In this document: positions 40,279-53,605 of the stretch, piece by piece
Position numbering within the stretch: the stretch's first letter is position 1
Layout of the letters: every line of letters starts with the position of its first letter
NCBI RefSeq assembly: GCF_006345805.1
Contig: NC_043000.1
Coordinates: 49,538,001 to 49,602,000 of the forward strand
From: Octopus sinensis
Lineage: Eukaryota
DNA: 64,000 bases
Reading direction: 5' to 3'
The notes under the pieces: model-generated
Seen by the model: only the letters and a program-made list of their open reading frames with translations
What the model was told of the DNA's origin: nothing
Databases searched by the model: none
Made by a program: the position numbers and the translations under genes

Positions 40279-40585
40279 GAATGTATCATAAATAAACGAC
40301 CCTGCCCCGCTTAAGCCGATCAGCTAACTGATCAACATCAACGAAGCACATGGGTGAGTTTACATATATTACATCCTGTAAATGGCTTACTTTTACGAAT
40401 TGCATTTCGGGAAAGGAAAAGTTTTTTCGGAATAAAAATTTAGCAATTAAGGACAACTACTTAATAAGGAAAACTTAACAAGAAATTGTCAGGTAGATAG
40501 CGTGAAAACCTCATAAGAGAATAAATTTCGAAAATAATTATTTCTTATTGAAATATGTATACATATATATATATATGTATATATA

Positions 40586-40629
<44 letters not shown>

Positions 40630-40659
40630 TATACATATATACATATATATATATATATA

Positions 40660-40711
<52 letters not shown>

Positions 40712-40730
40712 CATATATATATACATATAT

Positions 40731-41476
40731 AATAAATATAAGAGAGTGGTCACTATATGGCTCACTCTAGCACTAGTTAATCCAAAAGGTTTCAACCACA
40801 AAAATACATGTTTCCCATGAAAGTCAGTACGATTGTTAGCTCACACGGACAGGGCACATAAAAATAACAAAAATACAGATTATTTTGGGACAATTGTTTC
40901 GCTATTAATGAATTAAATGTAATTTTACTTACAAAAAAATCCACTTGTAGCTCATCAGCCAAAACTATCTGGATGAAATCCACTCGATCACACGCCAGAT
41001 TTTACCATAACGATAAATACACGTGTGGTTCAATTGATTACATCCGACGTTATAATTCAAATGCCCCAACTAACAGCGCGCCAAACTTTCACGGAAAACA
41101 AATACTGCATTTATAAATAAATGCAGCATAATTATAATTAATTAATAAGGGTGAGAGAATTAGATACTAATTTAATAGTATATCTATTCAACACCAAGTG
41201 GCCTAGTGCTCCGAGAAACCTGGATTATTATAATATTTTATAATATATTATAATATTTTTACAAAATAAATATAAGAGAGTGGTCACTATATGGCTCACT
41301 CTAGCACTAGTTAATCCAAAAGCTTTCAACCACAAAAATACATGTTTCCCATGAAAGTCAGTACGGCTAACAATCGTACTGACTTTCATGGGAAACATGT
41401 ATTTTTGTGGTTGAAACCTTGAATAGATATACTATTAAATTAGTATCTAATTCTCTCACCCTTATTAATTAATTAT

Positions 41477-41477
<1 letters not shown>
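40731..41477 (-). mobile_element. Second HHR-bearing element: 534-bp unit, partial tandem copy and two inverted patches
   Basis: 40731-40831 repeats at 41265-41365. 41366-41420 is the reverse complement of 40786-40840, and 41421-41477 of 41133-41189. Confidence 0.8.
40882..40965 (-). ncRNA. Canonical type I hammerhead ribozyme with extended stem II
   Basis: GUUUUGG CUGAUGA GCUA [43 nt, foldable] UAGC GAAA CAAUUG UC|CCAAAAU: G10.1-C11.1 pair, palindromic ACAAUUGU stem III, GUC triplet; predicted cut 40889/40888. Confidence 0.9.
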
Positions 41478-41525
<48 letters not shown>

Positions 41526-41786
41526 CACACACATATATATATATATGTATGTATACATATATGTATATATATATATATATGCATATATATATATATAATA
41601 TATATGTATGTATGTATATATATATATATGTATGTATATAGATAGATATGTATGTATATATATATGTATATAGATAGATATGTATGTATGTATATATATA
41701 TGTATGTATATAGATAGATATGTATGTATATATATATATATGTATGTATATAGATAGATATGTATGTATGTATGCATATATATATG

Positions 41787-41829
<43 letters not shown>

Positions 41830-44705
41830 ATAGATAGATATGTATGTATGTATGCATATATATATATATGTATGTATGTATATATAGGGAGATATATAGA
41901 ATGGTCCACAAAGCTTTCCCAGTCAGAATCAAAGATAAAAACAGTGTGACTTATACATGAGCGGTTATGATAAATCAATTGACTGACTTTATTTAATCAG
42001 TATCAGAAGGTAGAATGGTAAATGTGGCTTTGATGAAATTTGAACTGAGAATATAAAGGGCCATAACTAGGTACCACAAGCTATTTCGTCTGATGCCTTA
42101 TCGATTTTGCCAGTTCACTGGCTTCTTATCAATCCAGTTATAGAATTCCTATAGCATTCCTCAAGAGAGATAGCTATAGTTGAATCTTATTTCAACTAAG
42201 GGTAAAATGTTAAAAAATAAATAATATAATATAAATAATTCTTTCTATTATAGGTACAAACCTTGAAATTTTGGGGTAGGGGTACATTAATCAAATCACC
42301 CACCCTCAGTACTTGACTGGTACATCTTTTATAAACCAAAAATGATGAGTGACAACGTTGACCTTGGCAGAATTTGAATTACAACATAAAAAAAGATGAA
42401 ATTCCGCTAAGCATTTTACCTGCTATGTTAATGCTTCTGCCATCTCACCACTTTATAAATAAATAATGCAATGCAAAATAAAAAGGGTCATTTGGAAAAT
42501 AGAGGAAGAGAATTCACGGTAGGGTTAGGAAGTGCTTCATTCATATCTCATGAATTTGATTGCTTAACTCAGTATCATATTATAGCTTTTGTTAGATTTT
42601 TCTGTATTGTTTCCCCGAGTGGTTGAGAGGTGTAAATAGATCCAGGCAGAGCTTGAAATTGGAGCTATGATATGCAATGTTTAATAGTTTAACAAATGAG
42701 TCACATTTTATTAAATGCTGAAGCTGTTTAGAGATATGATTCTGTCGCGATGTCAAGCTGAATGGATTTAATAAGAGGAGATTTTTATTAGGTAAATTTA
42801 CTGCGCGATGCAACAAGCACATATAGATTTTAATGAAAAGTGTCGTGCCTATATCTTCTTTTCGTTTTCACCAATGCAAGTAAAGCCGTGATGAAGAATG
42901 CAAGGGAAACAACTGTTGCCGCCTTTAACGCAAACATTTTTCTCTCCCACAACGAATGAAATTCTTCCTAAGTATTTCACAAATAAATAAAGTAATGAAA
43001 CTGGATATATATATATATATCACCTGTAACTCAGCACCTCAGCATAATTAGGTGATAATAGCTTATTTTCTCATCTTTATGACTCTTCTTCCAATACTTC
43101 ACTTCCTCCTTTCGCTATTTTTCACTGATTTATTTTCAATTATTATTAAAATTTTCTTTTGTTATCTCTTCATTTTTATATATTTCTTTGTTTCTTTTTA
43201 AATTCATTAATATTTTCTATTTTCCTTTCTTTTTTTCTTTTTGTATTATGTTATTATATCTATTTATTATTTTTTTTAACCCTTAGGAAATTTGCTATTT
43301 TCTCCTTATATAACATATCTATGTATCTGTCTATCTGGCTGTCTATCATTATTTCTTTCCATACTTGGGTATGAATGTGAGTTCATGTCTGTGTGTGTGT
43401 GCATGTGCATGCATGTCTGTGTGTGTGCATGTGTATCTGTATGTGTGTGTGTGCATGTGCGTGTGTGTATCTGTGTGTGTGTGCAGACACACACACACAT
43501 GCACACATATATATACACATATATACACATGCCTATGTATTATATAGTTGATAGGAAGAGGGAAAGAGTGTGTGTGTGTGTGTGTGGTCACAAACACTTA
43601 CACATGCATACGCTCACCACAGGGTACATGATAATTAGTTTAAGAAATGTATTTTTAAAAATGTTCATATGAATTTTGAATTATTTGTGGCTACAGCATA
43701 TGTCTACACAGTGGAAGAATAATCATAAAGAGTTAACTTCTGATACACAATATAAAGGAAATCGGCATGATTTTACCTCAAAGCAACATATACATACTGT
43801 GTGTGTGTACATGCACACATTGTGGGTGTGTGTGTGTGTTCCTGTTCATCTGAGTTCGTCTGTGTGTCTTCTTTTTTCCTTTCTTCCAGATGATGATAAA
43901 GTTTCAATTTCCTGTCTGAATCCATCGGTGGTGTTAGTGTCAGATAGATTTGCTTAATACCTTTGGGGGTAAGGTATGAACATTGAAACATCCATTAACT
44001 CTTACTCTCCCCTCTCAGAATTTTATATTTCATGTCTATCTGGAGAAGGTCACGATAAACCACTCTCATGTTTCTCTCTTTCATAGAACGCTGTAGTTGT
44101 TATTGCCGTTGTAATTCTTTTGCACCAGTTCAACTCAGACCATTTAAGACATATGACCTACAGCATTCCAGCCATGATCGTCCCAACTTTTATCACTCAG
44201 ATATAATATAGACATATTGGGATATAGCACAGAGATGTCACATCAAGCTAAGTAAATAAGTGGTTGTCCTTGCATACAGGTATGTCACCAGTATCCCTTT
44301 TCACCTGAGCATTCCTAATCTTGCAGGCTCACAGGTGCCAGTGTCACATATTAAAAAGCCTCTGTCCCAGTGTCACATAATAAGCAGCCATAAAGGTGCC
44401 ACATGAAAAGCAGCCACCCAGGTACACTCTGTAAAGTGATTGGCATTAGGAAGGGCATCTAGCCATAGAAATCATACCAAAGCAAACACAGAGCCCTGGA
44501 AGCTCACCTACTGACCACCTCCTGTCAAAACTGTCCAACCCATGCCAGCATGGAAAATAGATGTTAAATAATGATGATGAGTATGTCTAATTCTACATTA
44601 TCCAATGCATCCTGCCTTTTCCCCCCGAAAGCAATAGGGTGTGATTTGAGTGAAATTTTGCAGCTATTCAGGTCAGGTCAAGCAACTACAAATAGGTTCC
44701 CAAAA

Positions 44706-45105
44706 GCGATGAGCTGGCAGAAACGTTAGCAAACCAGGCAAAATACTTAGCAGTATTTCGTCTGCCACTATGTTCTGAGTTAAAATTCCTTTCAGGGTCG
44801 ACTTTGCCTTTCATCCTTTCGGGGTCGATTAAATAAGTACCAATTATGCACTGGGGTCGATATAATCAACTTAATCCATTTGTCTGTCCTTCTTTGTCCC
44901 TTCTGTGTTTAGCCTCTTGTGAGTAGTAAAGAAATAAGTATTTCGTCTGCCACTATGTTCTGAGTTTAAATTCCACCGAGGTCGACTTTGCCTTTCATCT
45001 TTGCAAGGTCAATAAATTAAGTATCAGTTGCATACTGGGGTCAATCTAATCGACTGTGCCACCTCCCCCCAAATTTTAGGCCTTGTGCCCATCGTAGAAA
45101 GGATT
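44706..45105 (+). mobile_element. SINE with internal partial duplication
   Basis: Head gcgatgagctggcagaaacgttagc; tatttcgtctgccactatgttctgagtt occurs at ~44755 and ~44939. Relatives lie at 1, 5085, 17175, 42240(-), 49360(-), 51370 and 52611(-). Confidence 0.85.
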
Positions 45106-46538
45106 ATCTAGAGACCAAAATTTCTTTATCTTTTTTTTTTTTTACCTGTTTTGGTCATTGGACTCTGGCCATGCTGGTACACCACCTATAAGGATTTAGT
45201 TGAACATATTGACCCTAGTACTTATATTTAAGTCAGGTAGTTATTCTATTGTGTAAGAATCATTATTAAGCAACCAATATCTTAGCACTTATTTCCACTG
45301 ACTCAAGAATGAAATTTGCTTAGGGAGTACAAACCCAGGTCCAAAAATTTTTAGAATCAAGGTCTTGTGTTTTTTTAATTTTATTTTTGCTCCTTGTTCT
45401 TTGTAAAGAAACCTGACTTTGTGCTACATTTTACTGATCACTTTTTATTCACTGTTTTCTAAACCTGAGAAAAGTAAGCAGGGATGAAAATTTTGATTTT
45501 GCACCTCACAAAAATTCCAGGGGGTGCAATTGTAACCCTGCACCCACTGCTCCCAGGCCCATGCTTATTTCACTTCACTTCATTCCATGGCTCTTGGTGT
45601 CTTTGGGTTAGGTTCTAGAGCAGTATTGTCAGTGTCCTCTGCCAATGATCCAGCCAGTGTTTAACAATGGACAATATGCCATTCTTACAGGATTTACAAA
45701 CATAAAACATGATGACCCTTAGGGATAAAAACCATAGAACATAGAAAACTTGAATCAACAAAATAAAACAATGAAGTCTTGAAAGATAGAAATAAAAAAA
45801 AGATGGCAAATAAGAAACTGTATAAGAAAGCCTCTATATAGCTAAATGGACCGCTAAAAATAGCAGCTACATTTCCCTCAAATCACACTCTAGTGTCTTA
45901 AATGTAAAAAATAAAAGGCACATTAGATATTACAATCCTTATTATGTCTAGAAATATAAGACGATCATGGCTACATTGCTTTTGCATTGGTCTATTTTCT
46001 GCTTGATTAGAGTTTACCAAGGGCTAAACAACAGCAGGAGCAACAACAACAACAGCAATAACAACAATGGCAACAACTCATAAAGAAAAATAGGGTCCTT
46101 ATCGAAACTGCATGGTGGATCAAGAAGAACCAGGAAGACTAGCCAATTCTGGTCTGTGATTAAATACAAATGACTCTTATCTTTCAAATTGCTTTCTCTT
46201 GGCTCCCAAACATGAATGGAGCTCAAACAATGCTAGCAAATAAATGTCACAATAACATTGTTATTGCAGTTTGCAGTAGAGAGTTGTTTCGAAAATGTGG
46301 TACCTATTTACAGATAGCAGACTGAGTCATTTGAGAGTCACTTGTCATTGTTATGGAATAAGCACAGTTCTGGTCACTTGATGCATACAATCAAACTCTT
46401 ATGTGGTTGTTCACACATGCACACCCACCCACACACACACATATACATACATACATATATATACACACACATACATATATACACACATATGCCTATATGC
46501 ATACACACACTAATAAACATACATATACACACATATAC

Positions 46539-46576
<38 letters not shown>

Positions 46577-47339
46577 CATACACATACATGCACACATATA
46601 CATATATATATATATACACTCGCATACACACATACACACATATATAAGCATATGTGTGTGCTTGGTGAATGTAGGCATACATGTATGAAACTATGTTAAT
46701 GTACACATGTGTGCATGTATGTGTATGTGCGTATACACACATACACATACATACATACATATATATATACACATATACATATATATATATATATTTATGT
46801 ATGTATATAGAAAGAGAAAGAGAGAGAGACAGATATAGCTTTGTATGCATACGCTTAAATGTGTGTGCTCACATGCATGCATGTGTGAATGATTGTGTGT
46901 GTGTGTGTATGTGTGCATTATGTATATATTCCCTAAGCAGATAGGCCTTTATCAAATAGCATAATTTGCATCATTGCAATAGAAATAAATATTTAATAGA
47001 GAGAGAGATAACATAATACCTACAAAGCCTCAAACATTGCTTTCACCAACCCAAAACTACACCCCACACAGTGAAAAAAAAAATAAATAAAATTAAAATT
47101 GTCGCCTGGTTCCTCTTACACGATTTACAAAGCCATATAGGGAAAGATGATGAAATCTGAGCTATTGTCAATCCCCTTGAGATGCATAACCTGTTTAATG
47201 CCCATCAGTAAGCTTTCAGGCAAGGGATGCACAATGCTGAACCCACCACCATCATCACCATTGTCGTCATCGAATCATCACAATCACAATCATCATCATC
47301 ATCATCATCAGTGTCATTGTCGTCGTCATCGTAACTAAT

Positions 47340-48260
47340 TCCACCTTAATCATTACCACCATGACAATCACTATTTCACCGCCACCACCACCATCATCAA
47401 TATCATTACCACTGCTATTACCAAAACCATTGCTGCCTTTATCAATACCTTTGCTATCACTCCTGCCACCACCATCACAACAATCACCACCATCCCCATA
47501 AGTGTAACCACCACTGCCAGCATAACCACCACCACCACCACCACCACTACCACCACCACCACCACTACCACCACCACACACCACCACCACTACACCACCA
47601 CAACCACCACCACCACTACCACCACCACCACCACCACCACCACTACCACCACCACCACCACCACCACCACTACCACCACTACCACCACCACCACCATCAC
47701 CACCACCATCACAACAATCACGACCATCCCCATAAGCATAACCACCATTGCCAGCATAATCACCACCACCACCACCACCACTACCACCACCACAACCACC
47801 ACCACCATCACCACCACCATCACAACAATCACCACCATCCCCATAAGTGTAACCACCACTGCCAGCATAACCACCACCACCACCACCACTACCACCACCA
47901 CCACCACTACCACCACCACCACCACCACCACTACCACCACCACAACCACCACCACCACTACCACCACTACCACCACCACCACCACTACCACCACCACCAC
48001 CACCACCACCACTACCACCACCACAACCACCACCACCATCACCACCACCATCACAACAATCACCACCATCCCCATAAGCGTAACCACCATTGCCAGCATA
48101 ATCACCACCACCACCACCACCACTACCACCACCACAACCACCACCACCACCACCACCATCACAACAATCGCCACCATCCCCATAAGTGTAACCACCATTG
48201 CCAGCATAATCACTACCACCACCACCACTACCACCACTACCACTATTACCATCATTATTG
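47340..48260. repeat. (ACC)n cryptic repeat with five copies of a ~55-bp unit
   Basis: ccatcacaacaatc.ccaccatccccataag.gtaaccacca.tgccagcataa occurs near 47470, 47705, 47818, 48048 and 48155. Confidence 0.9.
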
Positions 48261-48462
48261 CTGCTGCCACTGCTGGTACTACCCTTGATACTCAACTCCA
48301 AACTCCCCAAATACCTCTCCAATACAATCATCATCATCATCATCACCATCATCAACATTACCACTACTAGCACTACCGTCATCACTATCATCATATTCAC
48401 CATTATCCTCATCATTCTTGCTACTCCAAATATTATCACTTTTATCATTATTACTACTACTA

Positions 48463-48592
<130 letters not shown>

Positions 48593-48616
48593 CGCTGCTG
48601 CTACTACTACCACCCC

Positions 48617-48656
<40 letters not shown>

Positions 48657-50581
48657 GCTCATTCTCAACAGTTAAACTCAAACTTCAGAATCCCATATAC
48701 TATGATAACTGCAAATTCACATCTCTGTCCTTCTGATGTCATCACCACTTGTTGTTGTTGTTGACGTCGTCATCGTTGCTGCTGTTGTTGCTGTTATCAT
48801 TTTGATTGGTATTGCTGTAGTTGTTGGTGATGTTACTGCAATTATTGTTTTTGTGATAGTTGTTGTAGCAGTCGTTGTTAGCATGGTTGTAGTTGTGTTG
48901 CTATGGTGATCGTTGTTGCCTCCATAAAAATTCCAGTTAAAGTGACAAAATGGCTTGAACTGGAACTGATGTCATCATCATCATTGTCATCATCATTGGA
49001 ACTGATGTCATCACATACCCCCTCCCCTGATCATCATCATCTTTATCATCATCATCATCATCATCACTTAACGTCCATTTCCTATGCTGACATGGGTTGG
49101 ACAATTTGACCAGAGCTAACAAGCTGGAGAGTTGCACCATGTTCCAGTTGGATTTGACTTGGTTTCTACAGCTAGATGCCCTTCCTAATGCCAACCACTT
49201 TACATTGTGTTCATGTGTGATCTAAAATTTCTGGAGAAAACTTGACCATAAATAAGTACTGTGTCTTCGGTAAGTTTGGTAAAACAATTTATACACCATT
49301 CAGAATATAGTTCCACACTGAGTTTGTGGCTCTGGAATCAAACCATAGAGAATGCCTCTACTTATTTCTTCATTGCCTACAAATGGCTAAATATAGAGGG
49401 GACAAACAAGGACAGACAAATGTATTAAGTCAATTATATCGACCCCAGTGCGTAACTGGTACTTAATTTATCAACCCCAAAAGGACAAAAGGCAAAGTTG
49501 ACCTCGGTGGAATTTGAACTCAGAACGTAGTGGCGGACGAAATACCACAAAGCATTTCACCAAACGTGATAATGTTTCTGGCAGCTCGCCACCTCTACTG
49601 TAGAGGAAGTCTCTACTGTCTACCATAATTTCCTAGCTTGCAAGAAATATCTACCAAATTTCCCACAAATCAAACTCTGCCATCTTAAAGAAGGACATCT
49701 TATTACGCAGTATGGTTCTAGGTTTCCTGCACAAAGTTCATAAATGGAATGGTCACAGTTTTTGGTCATAGTCATTCAATCAGGGTAAACCTGTGATAAA
49801 CAACAACAATAACATTAATGTAACTTGAGTCAATGGCTACTTCTTATGACTGTATATGCCTGTATGGTATATACACTGGCATTTCATTGGTTATGAGGAC
49901 AAGGGTTCCAGATGATCCGACCAACAGAACAGACTACTCATGAAATTAATGTGCAAGTGGCTGAGTGCTCCACAGACATGTGTACACTTAACGTAGTTCT
50001 CAAAGAGATTCAGCATGACACAGAATGTGACAAGGCTGGTCATTTTTAATTATAGGTACATCTCATTTTTGCCAGCTGAGTGGACTGGAGTGACATGAAA
50101 TAAAGTGTCTTGCTCAAGGACACAACACATTACTGGGAATTGAACTCATGAGTTTACGATCGTAAGCCAAATACTCTAACCACTAAGTCATGTGCATTCA
50201 TGGTATATACAATATGGTGTATATTACTGTATATACCATGTATGGTGTGAGGGCATAGTGGTTACAGTGTTGCACTCACAATCACAAGATCACGGGTTCA
50301 ACTTCCCGACCAGGTGGTGTGTTACAGTGTGGTGTGTTTTTGAACAAAACACTTCATCTCATGTTGCTCTGCAACCACTCTGACATCCGACATGTGGCAT
50401 ACCATACACCTGTACAGGTAATGTCAATTTGATGGAGAGTGTGAGCTTATGTGCAGCACAGACATTTGATCACTATAAACAAATCAGCTGTGCAGGTTGT
50501 TCAGGAAAAAATCTCAGAACCCTCATCCGTCTTCTGTAACAGGAGAGTCCATAATATACCTGTATGGTAATATTCCAACAA

Positions 50582-51069
50582 CACTGTGTAATACAATTTT
50601 TGTCCTTGGGTTGCAACTTATTTCCTATTTGCTTATCCCTAGAAACTATGATAAATGGCTGTTTCCTTCAACCTATGCTTTTGTTATTCAAACTCCAAAG
50701 AATCCCTTTCAACATATGGCTATGGTGCTCCCCTACTACTCCTGTTCTTGGTTAGTGATGCATATATTGTCAGCTACTAAGGGATAAGCTCAAGTGGTTA
50801 AGGTTAAGCAACTGAAAAGCAAATCTGTGGTATAGAGCAGAATATTTGCTATAACAATATTTCTGTTTCAGCAGTTCAGTGATGGATCTGTCTAAAATGT
50901 AATGGAAAATAGATCAGTTTCAAAATATTGATGTCCAGGGCACAACAGCGAATTTTGAAGGGAGAAGTCATTTTCTTTGATTTCTAGATAGAAGTGAATA
51001 GGAAATAAAATACTTACTGACCAAAGACAAAAAAAACAAACTAAAAACTAATAACTTTGTTACACAGTG
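50582..51069. mobile_element. Non-autonomous DNA transposon with CACTGTGTAA TIRs, copy 2
   Basis: cactgtgtaata...ttgttacacagtg; colinear with 25826-26338. Confidence 0.7.
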
Positions 51070-51113
51070 TACCATTGAAGGTGGCAAGCTGGCAGAAGAA
51101 TTCATTAAAATTG

Positions 51114-52051
51114 AATGAAGAATTCATTAAAATAACTTTCTGATTATTAAACTGGTCTTTGGAATGTAAATCAGCATGGAATATTGATAGAAGTTATTAA
51201 TTTAATTTACCTTTAAACTAAGAGTTAGTATCATAGATGTAGGGGCAGTTTCAAGCAGGTTGGTATCAAATGAGGTTAAATATGGTTTGGTAATGTGTAC
51301 CATGCTTTCACTAATTGTTTTAGGTGCCTGTGAAATCATGAACAAATATAGACATGCTCTTTTGCCGAGCAAAATGTTTTGAAGCATTTAGTCTGTCATT
51401 ACATTCTGAGTTCAAATTCCACCAAAGTCTACTTTGCCTTTGAATCTTCTGGGTCAATAAAATAAGTACCAGTTGAGTACTGGGGGTCGATGTAATCGAC
51501 ATATCTCCTCCCCTGAAATTAATGGCTTTATGTCAAAATTTGAAATCAATAGAATTATATCTGTCACTAAGTTATAAGGTAATATAACCAACCTGAAAGT
51601 TTGTGGCTTAGTGGTTCAGATGTTCTGATGATGATCATGAATTCAAGGACTCAATTCCTGAACTAGGTTGTGCATTATATCCTTGAGCTAAGTATTTCAT
51701 TTCACATTGTTCCACTCTGCCTAACTGTAATAAGGTACTAGTTGAGGGCTGATGCAGCTCTCTCTCTCCCTGGATGTACTGCTGAGTGCAAGATGAGAGG
51801 CCTGAGAGCATGTCTATATTTGTTCATGATTTCACAGGCACCTAAAACAATTAGTGAAAGCATGGTACACATTACCAAACCTTATTTAACCTCATTTGAT
51901 ACCAACCTGCTTGAAACTGCCCCAACATCTATGATACTAACTCTCAGTTTCAAGGTAAATTAAATTAATAGCTTCTATCAAAATTTCATGCCGATTTACA
52001 TTCCAAAGACCAGTTTAATAATCAGAAAGTTATTTTAATGAATTCTTCGTT
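51114..52051. mobile_element. Fold-back element: ~247-bp inverted arms around a 444-bp SINE-containing spacer
   Basis: 51114-51360 is the reverse complement of 51805-52051 with scattered substitutions. Confidence 0.85.
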
Positions 52052-52237
52052 ATTTTCAAAATTTATTGAAAGGAAGGTCATGTATTTCAACAGAAACATG
52101 GTAACAAAAGGGTTGATATACACCAAAATATAAGGTAGTGCCTTTTTCACTTGAAGCATTGTAGTCCAGAAGTAGAAAATGAAACTAAACGGAGATAAAG
52201 AAAGCTTCTAACAATGCAGAAAATTTTACAAAGAAAA

Positions 52238-52275
52238 CCTTTATATTTCGGGTGCAAAGACCTATCTTCAGAAAG
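52238..52275 (-). ncRNA. Degenerate minimal hammerhead-like motif
   Basis: CUUU CUGAAGA U AGGU CUUUGC ACCC GAAA UA UA|AAGG; extra U after A9 and an A-C mismatch closing stem II. Confidence 0.35.
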
Positions 52276-53449
52276 AAAAAGTCCAAGAAATGTAAATTTA
52301 ACTCAATTTCATTATTTTATTTTAAACTGCTTAGTGTTTGGGTTAGCAGCAGCAACAGCTCTCCAACTGTTGATCATGGTTGTTGTGATGTATTTTCATG
52401 AGGTGGTGGAAGATGGTGTTGGTGGTGTACATTATGATGTTGTGTATTACTGGTATTTACCCAACAGTTTCGTCTTTATTTCATTATTCAACATGCAAAG
52501 AACAATAAACAAATTTCCCTCAAATCTCACTCAGTCATCTTAAATAGTGAAAGGATACATTAGATAATGAAGTTCAAAATATCTACATAAAGATAGATGG
52601 TCATATCTTATTTCTTTATTGCCCACAAGGAGCTAAACATAGAGGGGACAAACAAGGACAGACAAAGGGATTAAGTCGATTATGTTGGCCCCAGTGCCTA
52701 ACTGGTACTTAATTTATCGACCCCGAAGGGATGAAAGGCAAAGTCGACCTCAGCGGAATTTGAACTCAGAACATAACGGCAGACGAAATACCACTAAGCA
52801 TTTCACCCGACGTACTAACGGTTCTGCCAGCTCACCACCTTATAAATGGTCATATATGGCAAGTTTTAATTCATGTATTGCTCATTCAAAGTTGATCCTA
52901 GTGCTAATGAAGATGAGCAGCAGTTAACTACTTCAATGTTCTTCAACAGGATAACAATAAAAAAAAATAAACTGTCTTTGACCTGACCATGACTGGTTTT
53001 GAACACAGAATATAAGGAGACAATATTAAGTAATAAAACAAATTTTCTCTTTACCTACTGCTTCAGTGCCATCCATTATTGCGACAGATTTACTTGGAGT
53101 GAATGAACATAATCTTATTTTGGTTAGACAAGCAGTAAATGGAGCCGAGATATTTTTGTAAAAGGCATTTGTTTTAGCAAGATGATTTTATCAGTGTTCT
53201 AGTTGCCAACATTGGCTGTATAGTATTGTATGTTTGGAACTGACCAATCTCATCGATATTGATGATTTAGTGAACATTACAAGCAAACATACAAGCATAC
53301 ATTCACACATATGTACATACAACTACACATACACACACACTCACCCATCCACCCACATATGTGTATATAAGCATACGCATATGTATATATGTGATTATGT
53401 ATTTCTGCATGCATGTGTGTGTGTGTATACGTATATACACATACACATG

Positions 53450-53489
<40 letters not shown>

Positions 53490-53557
53490 GAAACACATAA
53501 CCACATATATACATATCAGTATGCATACATACTGATGTATGTGTGAATATATATATG

Positions 53558-53605
<48 letters not shown>

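Larger units (their letters stand above)
39134..40552 (-). mobile_element. Retrozyme-like tandem array: ~3 copies of a 474-476-bp non-coding unit, each with a hammerhead ribozyme
   Basis: gagggc anchors at 39145, 39621 and 40095. Copies differ by two 1-nt indels and about 2 substitutions. No long ORF; flanked by TA-rich microsatellite. Confidence 0.85.

Noticed and set aside
39134-40552. CRISPR-like or plain satellite interpretation of the tandem array
   Set aside because: No unique spacers, eukaryotic context, and the conserved HHR explains the unit better.
42880-42930. gccGTGATGA...GAAACAACTGTTGCCgcc, HHR-like
   Set aside because: C3, U16.1 and stem II are all non-conforming.
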